A DNA stretch of 64,000 bases, from contig OZ024753.1 of the NCBI GenBank assembly GCA_964016885.1, positions 36,704,001 through 36,768,000 on the forward strand, read 5' to 3'. The translations under genes and the position numbers were made by a program. The stretch comes from Eledone cirrhosa (taxonomy: Eukaryota). Below are positions 1 to 15,122 of the stretch, in pieces (position 1 is the first letter of the stretch; every line of letters begins with the position of its first letter). Below the pieces are notes generated by a model. That model had not been told where the DNA came from and ran no database searches. It was given only the letters and a program-made list of their open reading frames with translations.

Positions 1-200
1 CCTTGCAACCGGAGGAAGACAGGAAGACGATACTTTGGTTCGTGGAAACGTTCCCTGGCAAAGAACGGGAAAAAACGAAGATAATACGTCATTATTTGGA
101 GCTGCATGCAGCTTTCGACTAGAGATCGCAACGATTTCGGCCCCCTTCCGACAGCACCGTTCTCTCGTGTGGTGCGGAACTGTATTGATTCTAGTAAGGA
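1..200 (+). pseudogene. Probable decayed C-terminus/3' end of an RTE-clade LINE ORF
   Basis: Frame 1 reads PCNRRKTGRRYFGSWKRSLAKNGKKRR*YVIIWSCMQLSTRDRNDFGPL, resembling the RTE terminal pattern (R-K-x-GRP..W.R......W......A.DR..W). It has an in-frame stop. Confidence 0.4.
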
Positions 201-569
201 TAAAAACACGACGCCGGGAATCAAATCCATTACCTTACGATGGTAATGGTTATGGAGATGGTGATGGTAATAGTGATGGTGATGGTGATGCTGGTGGCGA
301 TAGTGGTGATGGTGGTGGCAGTCACAGTGATGATGGTAATGGTGTTGGTGGTGGTGGTGGTGATGGTCGTGTTGATGGTCGTGTTGATAGTGGTGATAGC
401 GACGTTGCTTAAAAATAAATGGAAACAACACCGGCTGACGTACAACCAATTATTGCATCTCATTTCTCCCTCACACATTCATTCTCACTATTCTCACTAC
501 CATTATACACACACACACACACATACACACACATACATACATACATACATACATACATACATACATACA

Positions 570-600
<31 letters not shown>

Positions 601-959
601 TACACCGGCTTATTGATGCGTCGTTGACTGTTGACAATGAACGAAAGGGTGCCTGACGGATGTTAAGCTAAAAAACGATGCGTAATTATCCACTTGAGTT
701 CCGGTTTGGCAGGTCAACTGTTCGATAGAGGTTATCTCCCAGCACTTGTCGCCACTTGTCATCACTTGTCATCATTTGTCCTCAGTTGTCATCGCTTGGC
801 TTTACACGCTGACGACCATTTTACATTCTAAAGTTATTTACCCACCGCTTCAGGTATTCAGTTTTCATTCAGCTGAAGGCTGAACACTGAACACTGACTG
901 TTTACAGATTACTGCAGAGAGCATACGATGTCAGTTACAAAGTTCATACGTTGACTACG

Positions 960-1360
960 AAGGAGTGATGCTATGGCTGTGAAATCTTGCATGCATTAAT
1001 TTTAACACTACTTATTAATAACTGCCCTGTTTCATTCCAGGGACTATGTTGAAAAATAAACTTCATTTGGTCATTCCATGAATATCTAGGTTAGTCTATG
1101 AAAGAGTGAAGCTAGATCTGTGAAGTCTTGTATGCATTAATGTTAGTTCTTCTTATTAATAACTGCCTTCTTTCTTTCTAGAGACTACATGGAAAATTAA
1201 ACCTCATTTGGTCATTCCATGAGTATTTTGGTCAGCCTATGAAGGCGGGATGTTTGAGCTGTGTAATCATGCATACACTAATGTCAGTTCTTTTTATAAA
1301 TAATTGCCTTGTTTCTTTTCATGAACTATGTGGACAAATAAACCTCATTTGGTCATTCCA
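960..1360. repeat. Diverged tandem repeat, 141-bp period, about 2.8 copies
   Basis: CATTTGGTCATTCCA recurs at 1064, 1205 and 1346, and the flanking sequence aligns between copies. Confidence 0.85.
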
Positions 1361-1420
1361 ATGGTATAAACTTTTCATTCGCCCCTAGTCGTCGATATTG
1401 TGTACTGTATATAATAAGAC

Positions 1421-1480
1421 ACGTGGCTTAATGATTAGGCTTGCGATCATGAAGTCGTGAGTTCGATGCCCATACTGGGT
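1421..1480 (+). mobile_element. tRNA-derived SINE head (family 2), fragment
   Basis: GTGGCTTAATGATTAGG (A-box-like) and GAGTTCGATGCC (B-box-like). Similar to 43422-43533. Confidence 0.55.
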
Positions 1481-1792
1481 GTGTGTGTATGTAATGATCT
1501 TTGTTAAAAAATATATAGGACCAATATGTAGAAAGCAATATACAGAACACAAGATAGTTTAATTTGTCTATTTGAAACTTACTTGCTTGACAGACTTTAT
1601 GCATGTCAGAGTTTTAATATTCTTTTCAAATCATTTGCATTTGAATTATGTCAGGGCCCAGGTCGCAAAGGGTGTGACGAATTTTGTTCACACCAAGTAA
1701 TATGAAGTGAACCTAATAACGTTAGTATTTTCAAATGGCCAAAATGTCTTTTCCAAGATCTCATGTTGAATATACGAAACTTTCTGTTAGTT

Positions 1793-1903
<111 letters not shown>

Positions 1904-2390
1904 ATGTATGTAAGTAGATAAATAGATAAATTTATATATATATATATATATATGAGTGTATGTTGAGTATGTATATATATGAGCGTGTGTGTGCGTGTGT
2001 ATGTTGTGTATGTATATATATGAGCGTGTGTGTGCGTGTGTATGTGAGCATGTGTGACTGTGTGTATGTGAGTGTGTGTGTCTGTGTGATGAATACATTA
2101 AAAGCTCAATGTGTAGATTGTTCGTACATGTTTATTTGCCAATGAAGACAAACAACTTTCTCAATACTTATATTCCATCAACTTCGCTAAAACAATCGCC
2201 ATTTTATTTTCTATCTGTACTTGACTTTTTATCAAATTCACATGAACAATTTTATTTTATTGGTTTCCCGATAATTCCAGAGGATATATTTTTACGTCCA
2301 TTACATATACCCCGCCATACCACACACACATCACATGCATGTATATATATATATATACATAAATAATATATATATATATATGTATATATA

Positions 2391-2478
<88 letters not shown>

Positions 2479-2597
2479 CATATATAAGCATATGCATATA
2501 TATATAGATAAATAGATAGATACAAAATATATACGTATATATATACATATATATATAGATAAATAGATAGATACAAAATATATACGTATATATATAC

Positions 2598-2678
<81 letters not shown>

Positions 2679-3066
2679 CATTGAGCCTGTCTGTGTGTCT
2701 GTTCATACGTATGTATTGCTATTCTTTAAATACGCTAAATTTGTTTCCCTTAAATTTGTTTATATATGTATAATAGACATTTTATATCTCCCATTCTCTA
2801 GCTTGTGTTTATATATTCATTTATACATATTTTATTTACTACACAGTTGGTGGTTTTTATGTCTTTATTCCGTTAACATTTCTTTATTATTCTCTGGTAA
2901 GCTTTGTTTTTTGTTTAAAGCTATTCTATTAATTTCTTCGTGGTATTTGTTTGTATATTTTGTTTAGGGAAGTTGAATTCTATATGTGCAATGTGCAGCA
3001 GCTGTCACTCACTAGAGAGAGAGTTTCCCGCTCTCTCTCTCTATATATATATATATATATGTATAC

Positions 3067-3118
<52 letters not shown>

Positions 3119-3354
3119 GTTCGTGCGTGTGTGTGCTTATATATAGGCAAATATATATATATTTATATATTACTATATATACATATATATATATATCCAA
3201 AATTAAAATTAAGGGTTGTCATGTAAATATATATGTATATATGTATATCTATATGCATACATATATACACAAATTTACGTATATATATATATTTATATAT
3301 ACATGTAAATATATATATATATATGTATATATATATATTTATATATACATGTAA

Positions 3355-3491
<137 letters not shown>

Positions 3492-3519
3492 CATTTATAT
3501 ATATATATATACATATACA

Positions 3520-3565
<46 letters not shown>

Positions 3566-3573
3566 TCTCTCTC

Positions 3574-3612
<39 letters not shown>

Positions 3613-3905
3613 CGTAAGTATACATTCTTTCAAATACCTCTTGTCCCACCCAACTCATTCCCTCATACACAATTAACATTTTTACATGGTTAAGGTTTCC
3701 TAGCTTACTTTTGGTTGCTTTAATGTCTGAGAGAGGACATGTTACAAGCTAGGGAAAAAATATATATTTAGGGGCAAAAAAAAAAATGGTAGTTCTATTA
3801 AATTATACTATTTTATTTCCCCTGGTGCCAGGTCCAGAAATTCAGTGGGTATTTAGCAGTCTTCAAATATTAATCGCTACTGCGTGGTTCTCGCTCGCGA
3901 ACAAA

Positions 3906-4039
<134 letters not shown>

Positions 4040-4174
4040 GTGTGTGTGTTGATATACAGGTATATATATTACTCTATTACTCTATTACGTGTTCCAGCTG
4101 AGAGGCTGAGGCCATGGTGGGGCACCTCCATTATACACACGCACACACGCACATATATTCACACATAATTTTAC

Positions 4175-4206
<32 letters not shown>

Positions 4207-4635
4207 TGGGGGTGTGTGTGCTAAAAGTAGATTACATCTGTTTAGTTGACGAACGAAACACAAGGAAACTAATTACAAGAAATAAGTATAAAAAATAAAT
4301 CAATTACTAAATAAAACCAATGCTTTTTATATGTAAAAAGAGAAATACATTTAGCTGGATATATTTTTAACGGCCGGAAGTTCTAAGCGACATTTTGTTT
4401 TTTAAAACAAGTGTAGCTTGCTTTATAAGGTTTTGATTTTCGTTTTGGTTTTCCTATCAATTTTTATCCCTCGGTCTCTCTCTCCCTCTCTCTCTCTTTC
4501 TCTCTCTTTCTCTCTCTTTCTCTCTCTCCCTCTCTCTCTATCTCTCTCTCTCTCGCTCTCTCTCTCTCACGCATATACTCTCTCTCTCCCACTCTGACAC
4601 TCCCTCTCCCTCTCTCATATATATATATAAGCATG

Positions 4636-4685
<50 letters not shown>

Positions 4686-4791
4686 CATATATATATATAT
4701 ATATGTATATATATACATACATATATATATATATATATGTATATATATACATACATATATATATGTATATATATACATACATATATATATG

Positions 4792-4885
<94 letters not shown>

Positions 4886-4888
4886 CAT

Positions 4889-4947
<59 letters not shown>

Positions 4948-5141
4948 TAGATATATATAGATATATATGTATATGTGTATATGTATATATATACATACAT
5001 ATATATATATATATATAAATATATATATATGTATATATTTAAATAATATATATAATTGTATATGTATATAAGTATATAAATACATATATATGCATGTATA
5101 TACAACACACATACAAACTCACATACAAACTCACATACACA

Positions 5142-5214
<73 letters not shown>

Positions 5215-5386
5215 TATGGTGCATTAAGAAATCTATTTTCTCAGTAAATCATTTGCAGCATTCATCTTTGATTGACTCAGGCATAATGTTTATTCCTTTG
5301 GTTGAGACGAGGAACGTCTATGGAATTTGTGGCTTATTCAAATTGTTACTTTAAATATATATATATATATATACACACGCACACAT

Positions 5387-5436
<50 letters not shown>

Positions 5437-5449
5437 TATACATATATAT

Positions 5450-5590
5450 AACGAAGGAGTTGTGGTACGAAACCAGAAGGACCATAACGCACCAGAGTAC
5501 TCAATACTTTGGTAGTAGAGTGGGTAATAGGAAAATGTATGACCCCGACAGCAGAGCTCAACCCGTTTCGACGGCTATTTCTGGACTCCA
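5450..5590 (-). mobile_element. (TA)n-embedded PLE-like element family A, diverged copy
   Basis: Reverse-complement match to 10690-10818, bounded by (TA)n on both sides. Confidence 0.8.
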
Positions 5591-6492
5591 TATATATATT
5601 ATGTATATATAAATAAATGAACATGTATGTATGCACGTATGTTTTGTGTGTGCATATGTACCGTACCTCTTGTTCCATCGTTCCTACCTTCTGTTTTACA
5701 AAGTTCTTTCGTTATTTTTTTTATTATTCCTTCTATTTCTCTATTTTTTACTACGTTGACTTCTCTGAGTCTTGTAATTCTTCTCAGGGGCTTCACCATT
5801 TTCATTTAATCTTCATCTTCTTTCTTCTGTTTCTTTCTATCTTGCGAAACCTAAGTAGAACTGATTTGGAGAAACAAAAGTAATAAAATGTAGATCTAGA
5901 AAATGAACTGATTTCCTATAACTCTTGAGGGAGTTGCAAGGTGTTCGTGTTGACATACAACGTTTCTAGGACATATTTGAAAACCTGGTGGAACCGATTC
6001 TCTCTCCAGGTCTGAATACAGCAGATTTATTCCAGAGAAGGATAGAGAGAATGATGGAATGGAAATGAGAAAGAGATTTAGAGGAAATATCGACTACAAT
6101 ACTAGACTGGTACCTTTTTATCAACCTTCAAAAGATGAAAGGCAAAGTTGACTTCGGCGGCATTTGAACTTACATTTTGATTTACTTGTGTTATATTTCA
6201 GTCGAAGTACCTCATAATCGCTATGATGCGATCATTACAAAAGCAACAGGCATTGGTGTGACATCGTCAGATGTTAACACAATTGTGTGAAGGAGTTGAT
6301 ATGTCGCAGGCAAAAGCATTCATGTTTGTGAAAGACCGGTGAACATTTGACTCGCCACTTGCTTTCTCCATCCTCATGTTTTCTAGTGGTATTGGTATCT
6401 ATTTTCTCATTAGTTGATTCTGTATATATATGACATATATATATATGTATGCATCTATATATGTATGTAAATATATTTGATATATTATATAT

Positions 6493-6582
<90 letters not shown>

Positions 6583-7159
6583 ATGTATATATAATATATC
6601 AAATATATTTACATACATACACACGCGTGTACATACATGCATACATACATACAAACATATATATATATATATGCATACATACATACATATACATTCGCAC
6701 ATAAGATTTAATTTTAAATATTTTTTTATTTGTTTATTTATTCATTTATTTATTTATATTTCCATGCAATACAAAACAACAAAATAAAATACAAACTATA
6801 AACAAATTAGAAAGCAACAGAGAAAAAGAAGAAAGAACTTATATCGAGCAAAGACAACAACGATAACAAAATTTGAACGAACAACGTTCAGCATATTTTG
6901 GTATGTAAATAAATGGTGTGTATATTGACAGATTTGAAGGATTTGTTGACTGAATAGTTAGAGGGAGCATCAGTGAACAGCCGGAGGCTTTTTCATTAAC
7001 AAAAAAATCTACTAATGATTTATATGCTTATGTTGTTTGACTTTCAAATCAAAGAACATCGGAAAAGAAATAATCCCTATACAGTATAACAGTATATCTA
7101 TGTATATGTATGTGTATAATTGTGTGTGTTTGTGTTTTTGTTTGTTTGTTGTGTGTATG

Positions 7160-7192
<33 letters not shown>

Positions 7193-7369
7193 CTGTGTGT
7201 GTGTGTTTATGTGTGTGAGTGTTTATGTGTGTGTGTGTGACTGTGAATGTGCGGTTGCTTGTTCGTACTTGCAAGCATACAAACGTATAATGACGATTTG
7301 TATAAATGTATATGTCTATGTATACATATATATATCTATATCTATATATCTATATTTATATATATCTAT

Positions 7370-7409
<40 letters not shown>

Positions 7410-7429
7410 CAAGGTATGCATGCATGAAC

Positions 7430-7474
<45 letters not shown>

Positions 7475-7681
7475 GTATATATAAATGTGTATGACTATGT
7501 ATGTGTGAATGTGTATGTGCGTGCCTGTATGTGTGTATGTGTGTGTATTGAGAGAGAGGGAGAGAAGAGAGAGATGAAGAATGGGAGAGAGGGGGGAGGG
7601 AGAGAATATAATTATTTTTCTTCTCTTTCGAATTGAAGAAAATCGGAATATCTGATGCAACTGGCTGTAATTCCCAAACCT

Positions 7682-7937
7682 ATTGTTGTAGCTGTGCTTG
7701 TTGTTGTGGTTGTGCTTGTTGTTGTTATTGTTGTTGATGTCGTTGTTATCGTTGTTATTGTTATTGTTGTTGTGGTGGTTGTGGTTGTTGTTCTTGTTGT
7801 TGTGCCTGTTGTTGATGTCGTTGTTATCGTTGTTGTTGTTATTGTTATTGTTGTTGTTGTTGTGGTTGTTGTTCTTGTTATTGTGCCTGTTGTTGATGAT
7901 GTCGTTGTTATCGTTGTTATTGTTATTGTTATTGTTT
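7682..7937. repeat. Degenerate (GTT)n repeat with internal duplication
   Basis: GTT/ATT-rich low complexity. TGTGCCTGTTGTTGATG occurs twice. Confidence 0.9.
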
Positions 7938-8069
7938 GATCCCAGGTCAGCCCTATTAGGCCACCCCGTTTGTTTTTGTTATGCATGGTACATATTTACT
8001 AAACATAGGGAAGAAAAGAGCCAAAGTAATTTTAATGACTTTGATACGACAGATTAATCCGTGGTCTTT

Positions 8070-8425
8070 GTAAATTGGTAGAAATGTTAGAATATCGGCC
8101 AAAAATGCCATGCGATATTTCGTTCTGGCTCTTTATATACTGAGTTCAAATCCCACTGAGGTTAACTTTGTCTTTCATCTTTCAGAGGTCGATAAAATAA
8201 AGTACCAGTCAAGTACCAGTCAAGTACTGAGATTGACATAATCAATATTCCCTTCCACATAAATAGTTTGCCTTGTGTCTATATTAGGAATTCTAAGAAG
8301 GGTGGTAGATTGGTGGATTGGTGGAGGTATTAAAGCATGGAATAAATTTAGCAGTGTTTGTTCCAGCTTTTTACATTCTGAGTTCGAATCCCACTAAGGT
8401 CAATTTACTTTTTATCTTTCCTTGG
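8070..8425 (+). mobile_element. Two tandem diverged copies of tRNA-derived SINE family 1
   Basis: TGAGTTCAAATCCCAC..GAGGTTAACTTTGTCTTTCATC..GTCGATAAAATAAAGTACCAG core. The second copy starts near 8298. Confidence 0.8.
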
Positions 8426-8939
8426 ATAATTCAATATTGTTCAAAGACTCTACGATATTTGGATAATATCACTAGTAGTGTGTATACAGGATTGTTTTCA
8501 TGTTAGTACCTGTACTGTATGCTTTTACACGTCTGTGTATGTATATGTGTGTGTGTGTGTATGTGTGTGTCTGTCTGTTAGTTTATGTATATATGCATGC
8601 AAGCAGGTGTTTGTGTATCAGCGCACCTGTATACATGTGTATGTTTGTTTTTATGTCTGTGTGCGCTTATGTACAAGCTTGCGAGCTGGTCTGTGTGTAT
8701 GTTAGTATATGTTTGCTAGATTGTGTGTGTGTGTATATATGTATGTATGTGTGCGTGCATGCGAGCTTGTGGGTGTATAGTGCGGTATATGTATGATATG
8801 TATGATATGTATATGCATATGAGCAGATCCGGGTGCATGCGAGCATGTATGAGTGTCTACTTTGATGTATGCATATATGTATGTATATGTATGAATGTGC
8901 GTATGTGTATGTTTATACGTGTATGTGTATGTGTATATG

Positions 8940-10082
8940 TGTGTTCGTTTGTGTGTGTGTTTATATGTGTATATATGTGTGTTCGTCTCTGTGTGTGCGT
9001 CTGTGTATGTGTGTGTTCGTATGTGTGTATGTGTATGTGTATGTGTATGCGTGTATATATATGAGTGTTCGCCCGTGTGTGTGCGTCTCTGTATATGTGC
9101 ATGTTCGTCTGTATATGTGTGTGTTCGTCTGTGTGTATGTGTGTGTATGTGTGTGTGTATGTCTATATGTGAGTTCGTCTGTGTATATGTTTATATGCAT
9201 GTGTTCGTCTGTGTGTATGTGTGTGTATGTGTGTGTGTGTGTGTATGTCTATATGTGTGTTCGTCTGTGTATGTGTGTATATATGTGTGTTCGTCTGTAT
9301 GTGTGTGTGTATGTGTATATGTATGTCTATATGTGTGTACGTCTGTGTATGTGTGTATATGTATGTGGTCGTATGTGTGTATGTGTGTGTATGTGTGTGT
9401 GTGTGTGTATGTCTATATGTGTGTTTGTCTCTGTATGTGTGTATATATGTGTGTTCGTCTGTGTGCATGTGTGTATGTGTGTGTGTATATATGTGTGTTC
9501 GTCTGTGTGTATGTGTGTATGTGTGTGTCTATATGTGTGTATGTGTGTGTGTATGTCTATATGTATGTTCGTCAGTGTATGTGTGTATATATGTGTGTTC
9601 GTCTGTGTGTATGTGTGTGTATGTGTGTGTCTATATGTGTGTTCGTCTGTGTATGTGTGTGTCTATATGTGTGTTCGTCTGTGTGTATGTGTGTGTATGT
9701 GTGTGTCTATATGTGTGTTCGTCTGTGTGTATGTGTATATGTCTGTGTATATATGTGTGTTCGTCTGTGTGTATGTGTGTGTGTATGTCTATATGTGTGT
9801 TTGTCAGTGTATGTGTGTATATATGTGTGTTCGTCTGTGTGTCTGTGTGTCTGTGTGTATGTGTGTATGTGTGTGTATATATGTGTGTTCGTCTGTGTGT
9901 ATGTGTGTATGTGTGTGTCTATATGTGTGCTCGTCTGTGTGTATGTGTGTATGTGTGTGTCTATATGTGTGTGTATGTGTCTGTGTGTATGTGTGTATGT
10001 GTGTGTCTATATATGTGTGTTCGTCTGTGTGTATGTGTGTATGTGTGTATGTGTGTGTCTATATGTGTATGTACGTCTGTGT
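8940..10082. repeat. Degenerate minisatellite, about 40-46-bp unit built on (GT)n with a TTCGTCTG anchor
   Basis: GTGTGTTCGTCTGTGTGTATGTGTG..TCTATAT recurs about 25 times. Confidence 0.9.
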
Positions 10083-10475
10083 CCACAAGCAAGTGAGCTA
10101 CTAACAAGCAACTTTAGTTTGCCGAGTCGAATAACTAATATTTACTGCCAGTGTATTTAACTTGTTAATTGCCTTGTACAAACGACTGTTCGCTCATAAA
10201 GGATCTGAATTGAGTGACGACAATCAATATTCAGTTTAATTAAAGACAAGCATCAACAATAGCATTGATTAATTATCTGTAGCCTGGGCAAATTTAAGTA
10301 AATAGAATTTACCACTTAAAAGAATATATGTTGTGACCCTACGATAGGTGTTCTGTGTTGGTATTTAGCATCATACAACATACAGGTTTCTTATCATTCC
10401 ATTTATTGTTGTATTAACAGCCATTTATTCGTTTATATATATATATGTATATATATATGTATATATATATGTATG

Positions 10476-10506
<31 letters not shown>

Positions 10507-10507
10507 G

Positions 10508-10818
<311 letters not shown>

Positions 10819-10949
10819 ATATATATATATATATATATATATGCTTATACTACTATGCTTATACGCATAGAGCTTAACTAGCTACCGTCGCATATTTGGT
10901 AGATCAGACGTGATCATCGCGATTCACATACGACCTACCATACATCTTG

Positions 10950-11020
<71 letters not shown>

Positions 11021-11064
11021 AGATATATTGATATATATACATGTATATATATATTCATATATAA

Positions 11065-11118
<54 letters not shown>

Positions 11119-11592
11119 GCACACTTGCATACATATACAAAAAGAGATAGTGAAAGAGTGTGAGTGAGAGATAGAGACAAAGGGAGGGAAAAAGTGAGAG
11201 AGAGTGTGAGAGAGTCAGAGATAAAATGCGTTTCTCTATCCATTGATGAAATCAATATTCACCAATCAATCTATCCGTTATCAGATACATCGAAGCAAGT
11301 CTGTATTGATTTATTCATAATTTCAATTAAAACTGATAAATATAAATATGTATATACGTCATTCTATCCAGTCCTCTAATTGTCCATCCAGCCATACATA
11401 CATGCGTATATAGATACATTTAAACCCATATGCATATTTATGTCTAGCAAATAAATCTAAATCTATGCGCAGATGCATGTATATATATATATATATATAT
11501 ATAATGGAAAAATTTGAACAGGAACAAAACAGAGAGGCAGTACAACGAATGTTTATTAATTTCACGCTCTGGAGAGTGGGGTGTTGGTGGGG

Positions 11593-11623
11593 AACGGCGT
11601 TTCGGGCATAAGCCCTTCCTCAG
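11593..11623 (-). ncRNA. Hammerhead-like core in a (TA)n-abutting element (about 11502-11760)
   Basis: Minus strand reads CTGAGGA-A-GGGC-TTAT-GCCC-GAAA-CGCC-GTT, followed by AATAAA and then (TA)n. Helix I is not evident. Confidence 0.45.
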
Positions 11624-11756
11624 ATGAGAAGTGTGTGGGAACAGAGTTCAAAGGGTGTGAAGGGGAGTGGTGGAGAGACATATAGCGAAAGGAAACGGTG
11701 CGAATGAAATTAAAAATAAAAATAAAAATAAAGCATGATCAAAATACAAGGAATGA

Positions 11757-11974
<218 letters not shown>

Positions 11975-12080
11975 GATACATCTATGTACGTATGTGTATG
12001 CGTGTATACATGTATATACGTGAACTCTGCTCTTCCAAAACCCCGCATAAAAACTAATGAAATAAAATCTTTGATAAACA

Positions 12081-12171
12081 TAATTGTTTCTACTTTAGGC
12101 ACAAGGCCAGCAATTACCCAGTACATTACTGGTACTTTATTTTATCGACCTCGTAAGGATGAAAGGCAAAT
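12081..12171 (-). mobile_element. SINE family 1, 3' half
   Basis: Reverse complement of TTTGCCTTTCATCCTTACGAGGTCGATAAAATAAAGTACCAG..CCTAAAGTAGAAACAATTA. Confidence 0.85.
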
Positions 12172-12411
12172 CTGGAACACGGTCGTGTTTTCAATACAAC
12201 ACACATAAACATACACACATACACATGCACATACACACACAACACACACACATAATGAATCGAAATCGAATTATTACGTAACCTTTTTAAATGTTGCTAC
12301 CTAACCTATAGTTCAAGTTGCGCTTATTTTATTATAGTTATCTATCTACATAAATATATATATATACACATATATATATTATGCATACATATATATATAT
12401 GTGTGTGTGTG

Positions 12412-12473
<62 letters not shown>

Positions 12474-12582
12474 TATATATAAATATATATATATACATGT
12501 GAATATGTATGTGTGTATATGTATGTGTATATTCATATATACATGTATATATATATATATATATACATATATATACACACAT

Positions 12583-12648
<66 letters not shown>

Positions 12649-12665
12649 CTATATATATATATGTT

Positions 12666-12729
<64 letters not shown>

Positions 12730-13553
12730 CATACATATATAAATACATATATATATCCGTATGCATGTTTATATAACCTTAACCAAATATTCAAGTTGGT
12801 AGCTTGGTGTGTAGGTGGCTAATATAGACAGACAGAATGTACACCTTAAATGAATGAAGCAAATGTATTAGAAATTACTAGAGACCAACTAACGTGAATC
12901 GCAGTTTATAGCATGAAATCCCGAAGATATTTTTCTTAGCAATTTACTATGCCATTTCCTTAGTAAGTCCTCCTTTTTTTCTTCGGGGCCAAAACAATCA
13001 CCTTCGTATCATAGAATTAACCAATATGATTATGTTGGTTCTGATTCCCTAATATTGCAAGCATCGTTTGTGATGATTGCCAGAGGTAGAATTTAAATCT
13101 AGTTCTAAGCTGATAGTTTATTTACAGTATCGTTATATAGTGAGTGTTTCGTCTAGTAATTGTAATATCATTTTAAGTCTTGTGTCGACTGATGTGTTTA
13201 ACCGACTGATGGACATTTGTGAACTGACCCTACATGCTAACTGGAAAACTTGTTTCTTGCAAGCATTTTTATTCCGCCTGAGAGAAGAGTGATTAGAGAA
13301 GTGTCGTGACACAGACAGAGAGAAATAGGAGAGATGTGGTGTTGGTGGTCTTGGTGGTGGTGGTGGTGGGGAAATGAAGGGTATGAGGAGGAATAGAAAG
13401 CTCGAGAGAGAAAGAGAAAGAGAAAGAGGGAAAGAATGGTAGGACGAAAGAAAGAAAGAGACAGAGAGAGTGTCAGAGGGAAAGCCAAATGAATATTAAG
13501 TAAATACAACAAACTACTCTTTAGTTGCACTCCGATTCAGCTCAATGCGATTG

Positions 13554-13603
<50 letters not shown>

Positions 13604-13668
13604 GACAAACATAACATATATCCAAATATATATATATATATATATATATATAGCAATAATAAATGTGA

Positions 13669-13713
<45 letters not shown>

Positions 13714-13756
13714 CAATAATAAATGTGAAGACTATATATATATATATATACATATA

Positions 13757-13945
13757 TGAGGTCGTGTTGAAAAGTTCTTGGCTTTTGGTAACAGAAAATA
13801 CAAGAGGATCAATTAATTATGATTTTATTCAACATATTCACCTCTCAGATTCACTCACTTATTGAGCGTTCCTACCTCCCCCGTAAAGGAAATAGCTCTA
13901 CCCTTTCGATACCCTTAAAGCCAAGAAATTTTCAGCATCCCCTCA
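13757..13945. mobile_element. mariner-type MITE (189 bp) with TA flanks
   Basis: Imperfect TIRs TGAGGTCGTGTTGAAAAGTTCTTGGCTTT and AAAGCCAAGAAATTTTCAGCATCCCCTCA, with TA on both sides. Confidence 0.8.
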
Positions 13946-14202
13946 TATATATATATATATATATACATTTAGAAACACACAGATACATGCGGACACACAC
14001 ATATATACATGAATGCATCCGCACCCAACTGTGAGTTAAGGGTGCCAACTTCACCGATGTTGCTCAATGAATGACTGGGACAGACCAATTCAGTTTGAAC
14101 CAGACTGAACCAGTATCAGAGTTAAAAATACATTATGAAGAGAGAAGAAACATTTAGATATAATTAGTAATAAAATGTATCATACCTAAACTGTTCCTAA
14201 AT

Positions 14203-14290
14203 TCCTCGACTACGTAGTTTCGTGGCATAAACAAAAACAATATATCAAAGATATAGAGTCCTTGCGAGGTCTGCCGACTTATCAAGAGGA
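14203..14290 (-). ncRNA. Type I hammerhead ribozyme, U3-A8 variant (copy 1)
   Basis: TCCTC-TTGATAA-GT(C)GGCA..TGCC-AC-GAAA-CTACGTAG-TC-GAGGA. Helix I is 5 bp, helix III is the palindrome ACTACGTAGT, and the site is GUC. Confidence 0.75.
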
Positions 14291-14793
14291 TACCTCATTT
14301 TACTAGTCTCAAGAACGCGTCTACACGACGTGAGAAAGAATCCCAAAAGGCGGAGGGGGAGATAGTCACGCGATACAACGGTCGAGAAACAGAGCTAAGC
14401 CTCTTATAACCACGAAAAAAATACCACGGAGGCGGAGGGGGTATTCATATCGAGGCCGTAGAAGAGGTAGTGAAGAAGGCGAGAAGTATGAGTAATGGAA
14501 GCTTTCCAGTTGTCCCCACACTTCAAAGATTGCTCGACCAGAGGGAGTTATTAATACATTTAGAAACACACAGATACATGCGGACACACACATATATACA
14601 TGAATGCATCCGCACCCAACTGTGAGTTAAGGGTGCCAACTTCACCGATGTTGCTCAATGAATGACTGGGACAGACCAATTCAGTTTGAACCAGACTGAA
14701 CCAGTATCAGAGTTAAAAATACATTATGAAGAGAGAAGAAACATTTAGATATAATTAGTAATAAAATGTATCATACCTAAACTGTTCCTAAAT

Positions 14794-14881
14794 TCCTCGA
14801 CTACTTAGTTTCGTGGCATAAACAAAAACAATATATCAAAGATATAGAGTCCTTGCGAGGTCTGCCGACTTATCAAGAGGA
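14794..14881 (-). ncRNA. Type I hammerhead ribozyme, U3-A8 variant (copy 2)
   Basis: Same as copy 1, 591 bp away, with a single change at 14805 in loop III. Confidence 0.7.
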
Positions 14882-14965
14882 TACCTCATTTTACTAGTCT
14901 CAATCCCTTTTGGGATTCTTTCTCACGTCGTGTAGACGCGTTCTTGAGACTAGTAAAATGAGGTA

Positions 14966-15053
14966 TCCTCTTGATAAGTCGGCAGACCTCGCAAGGACTC
15001 TATATCTTTGATATATTGTTTTTGTTTATGCCACGAAACTACGTAGTCGAGGA
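14966..15053 (+). ncRNA. Type I hammerhead ribozyme, U3-A8 variant (inverted copy 3)
   Basis: TCCTC 14966, TTGATAA 14971-14977, GAAA 15035-15038, GTC 15046-15048, GAGGA 15049-15053. Confidence 0.75.
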
Positions 15054-15122
15054 ATTTAGGAACAGTTTAGGTATGATACATTTTATTACTAATTATATCT
15101 AAATGTTTCTTCTCTCTTCATA

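Noticed and set aside
8869-10160. 411-aa and 421-aa Cys/Val-rich ORFs
   Set aside because: They are translations of a (GT)-based minisatellite, open in several frames because the repeat lacks stops.
14366-14593. 75-aa ORF inside the 591-bp unit as a possible Penelope GIY-YIG/RT remnant
   Set aside because: No recognisable RT or GIY-YIG motifs.
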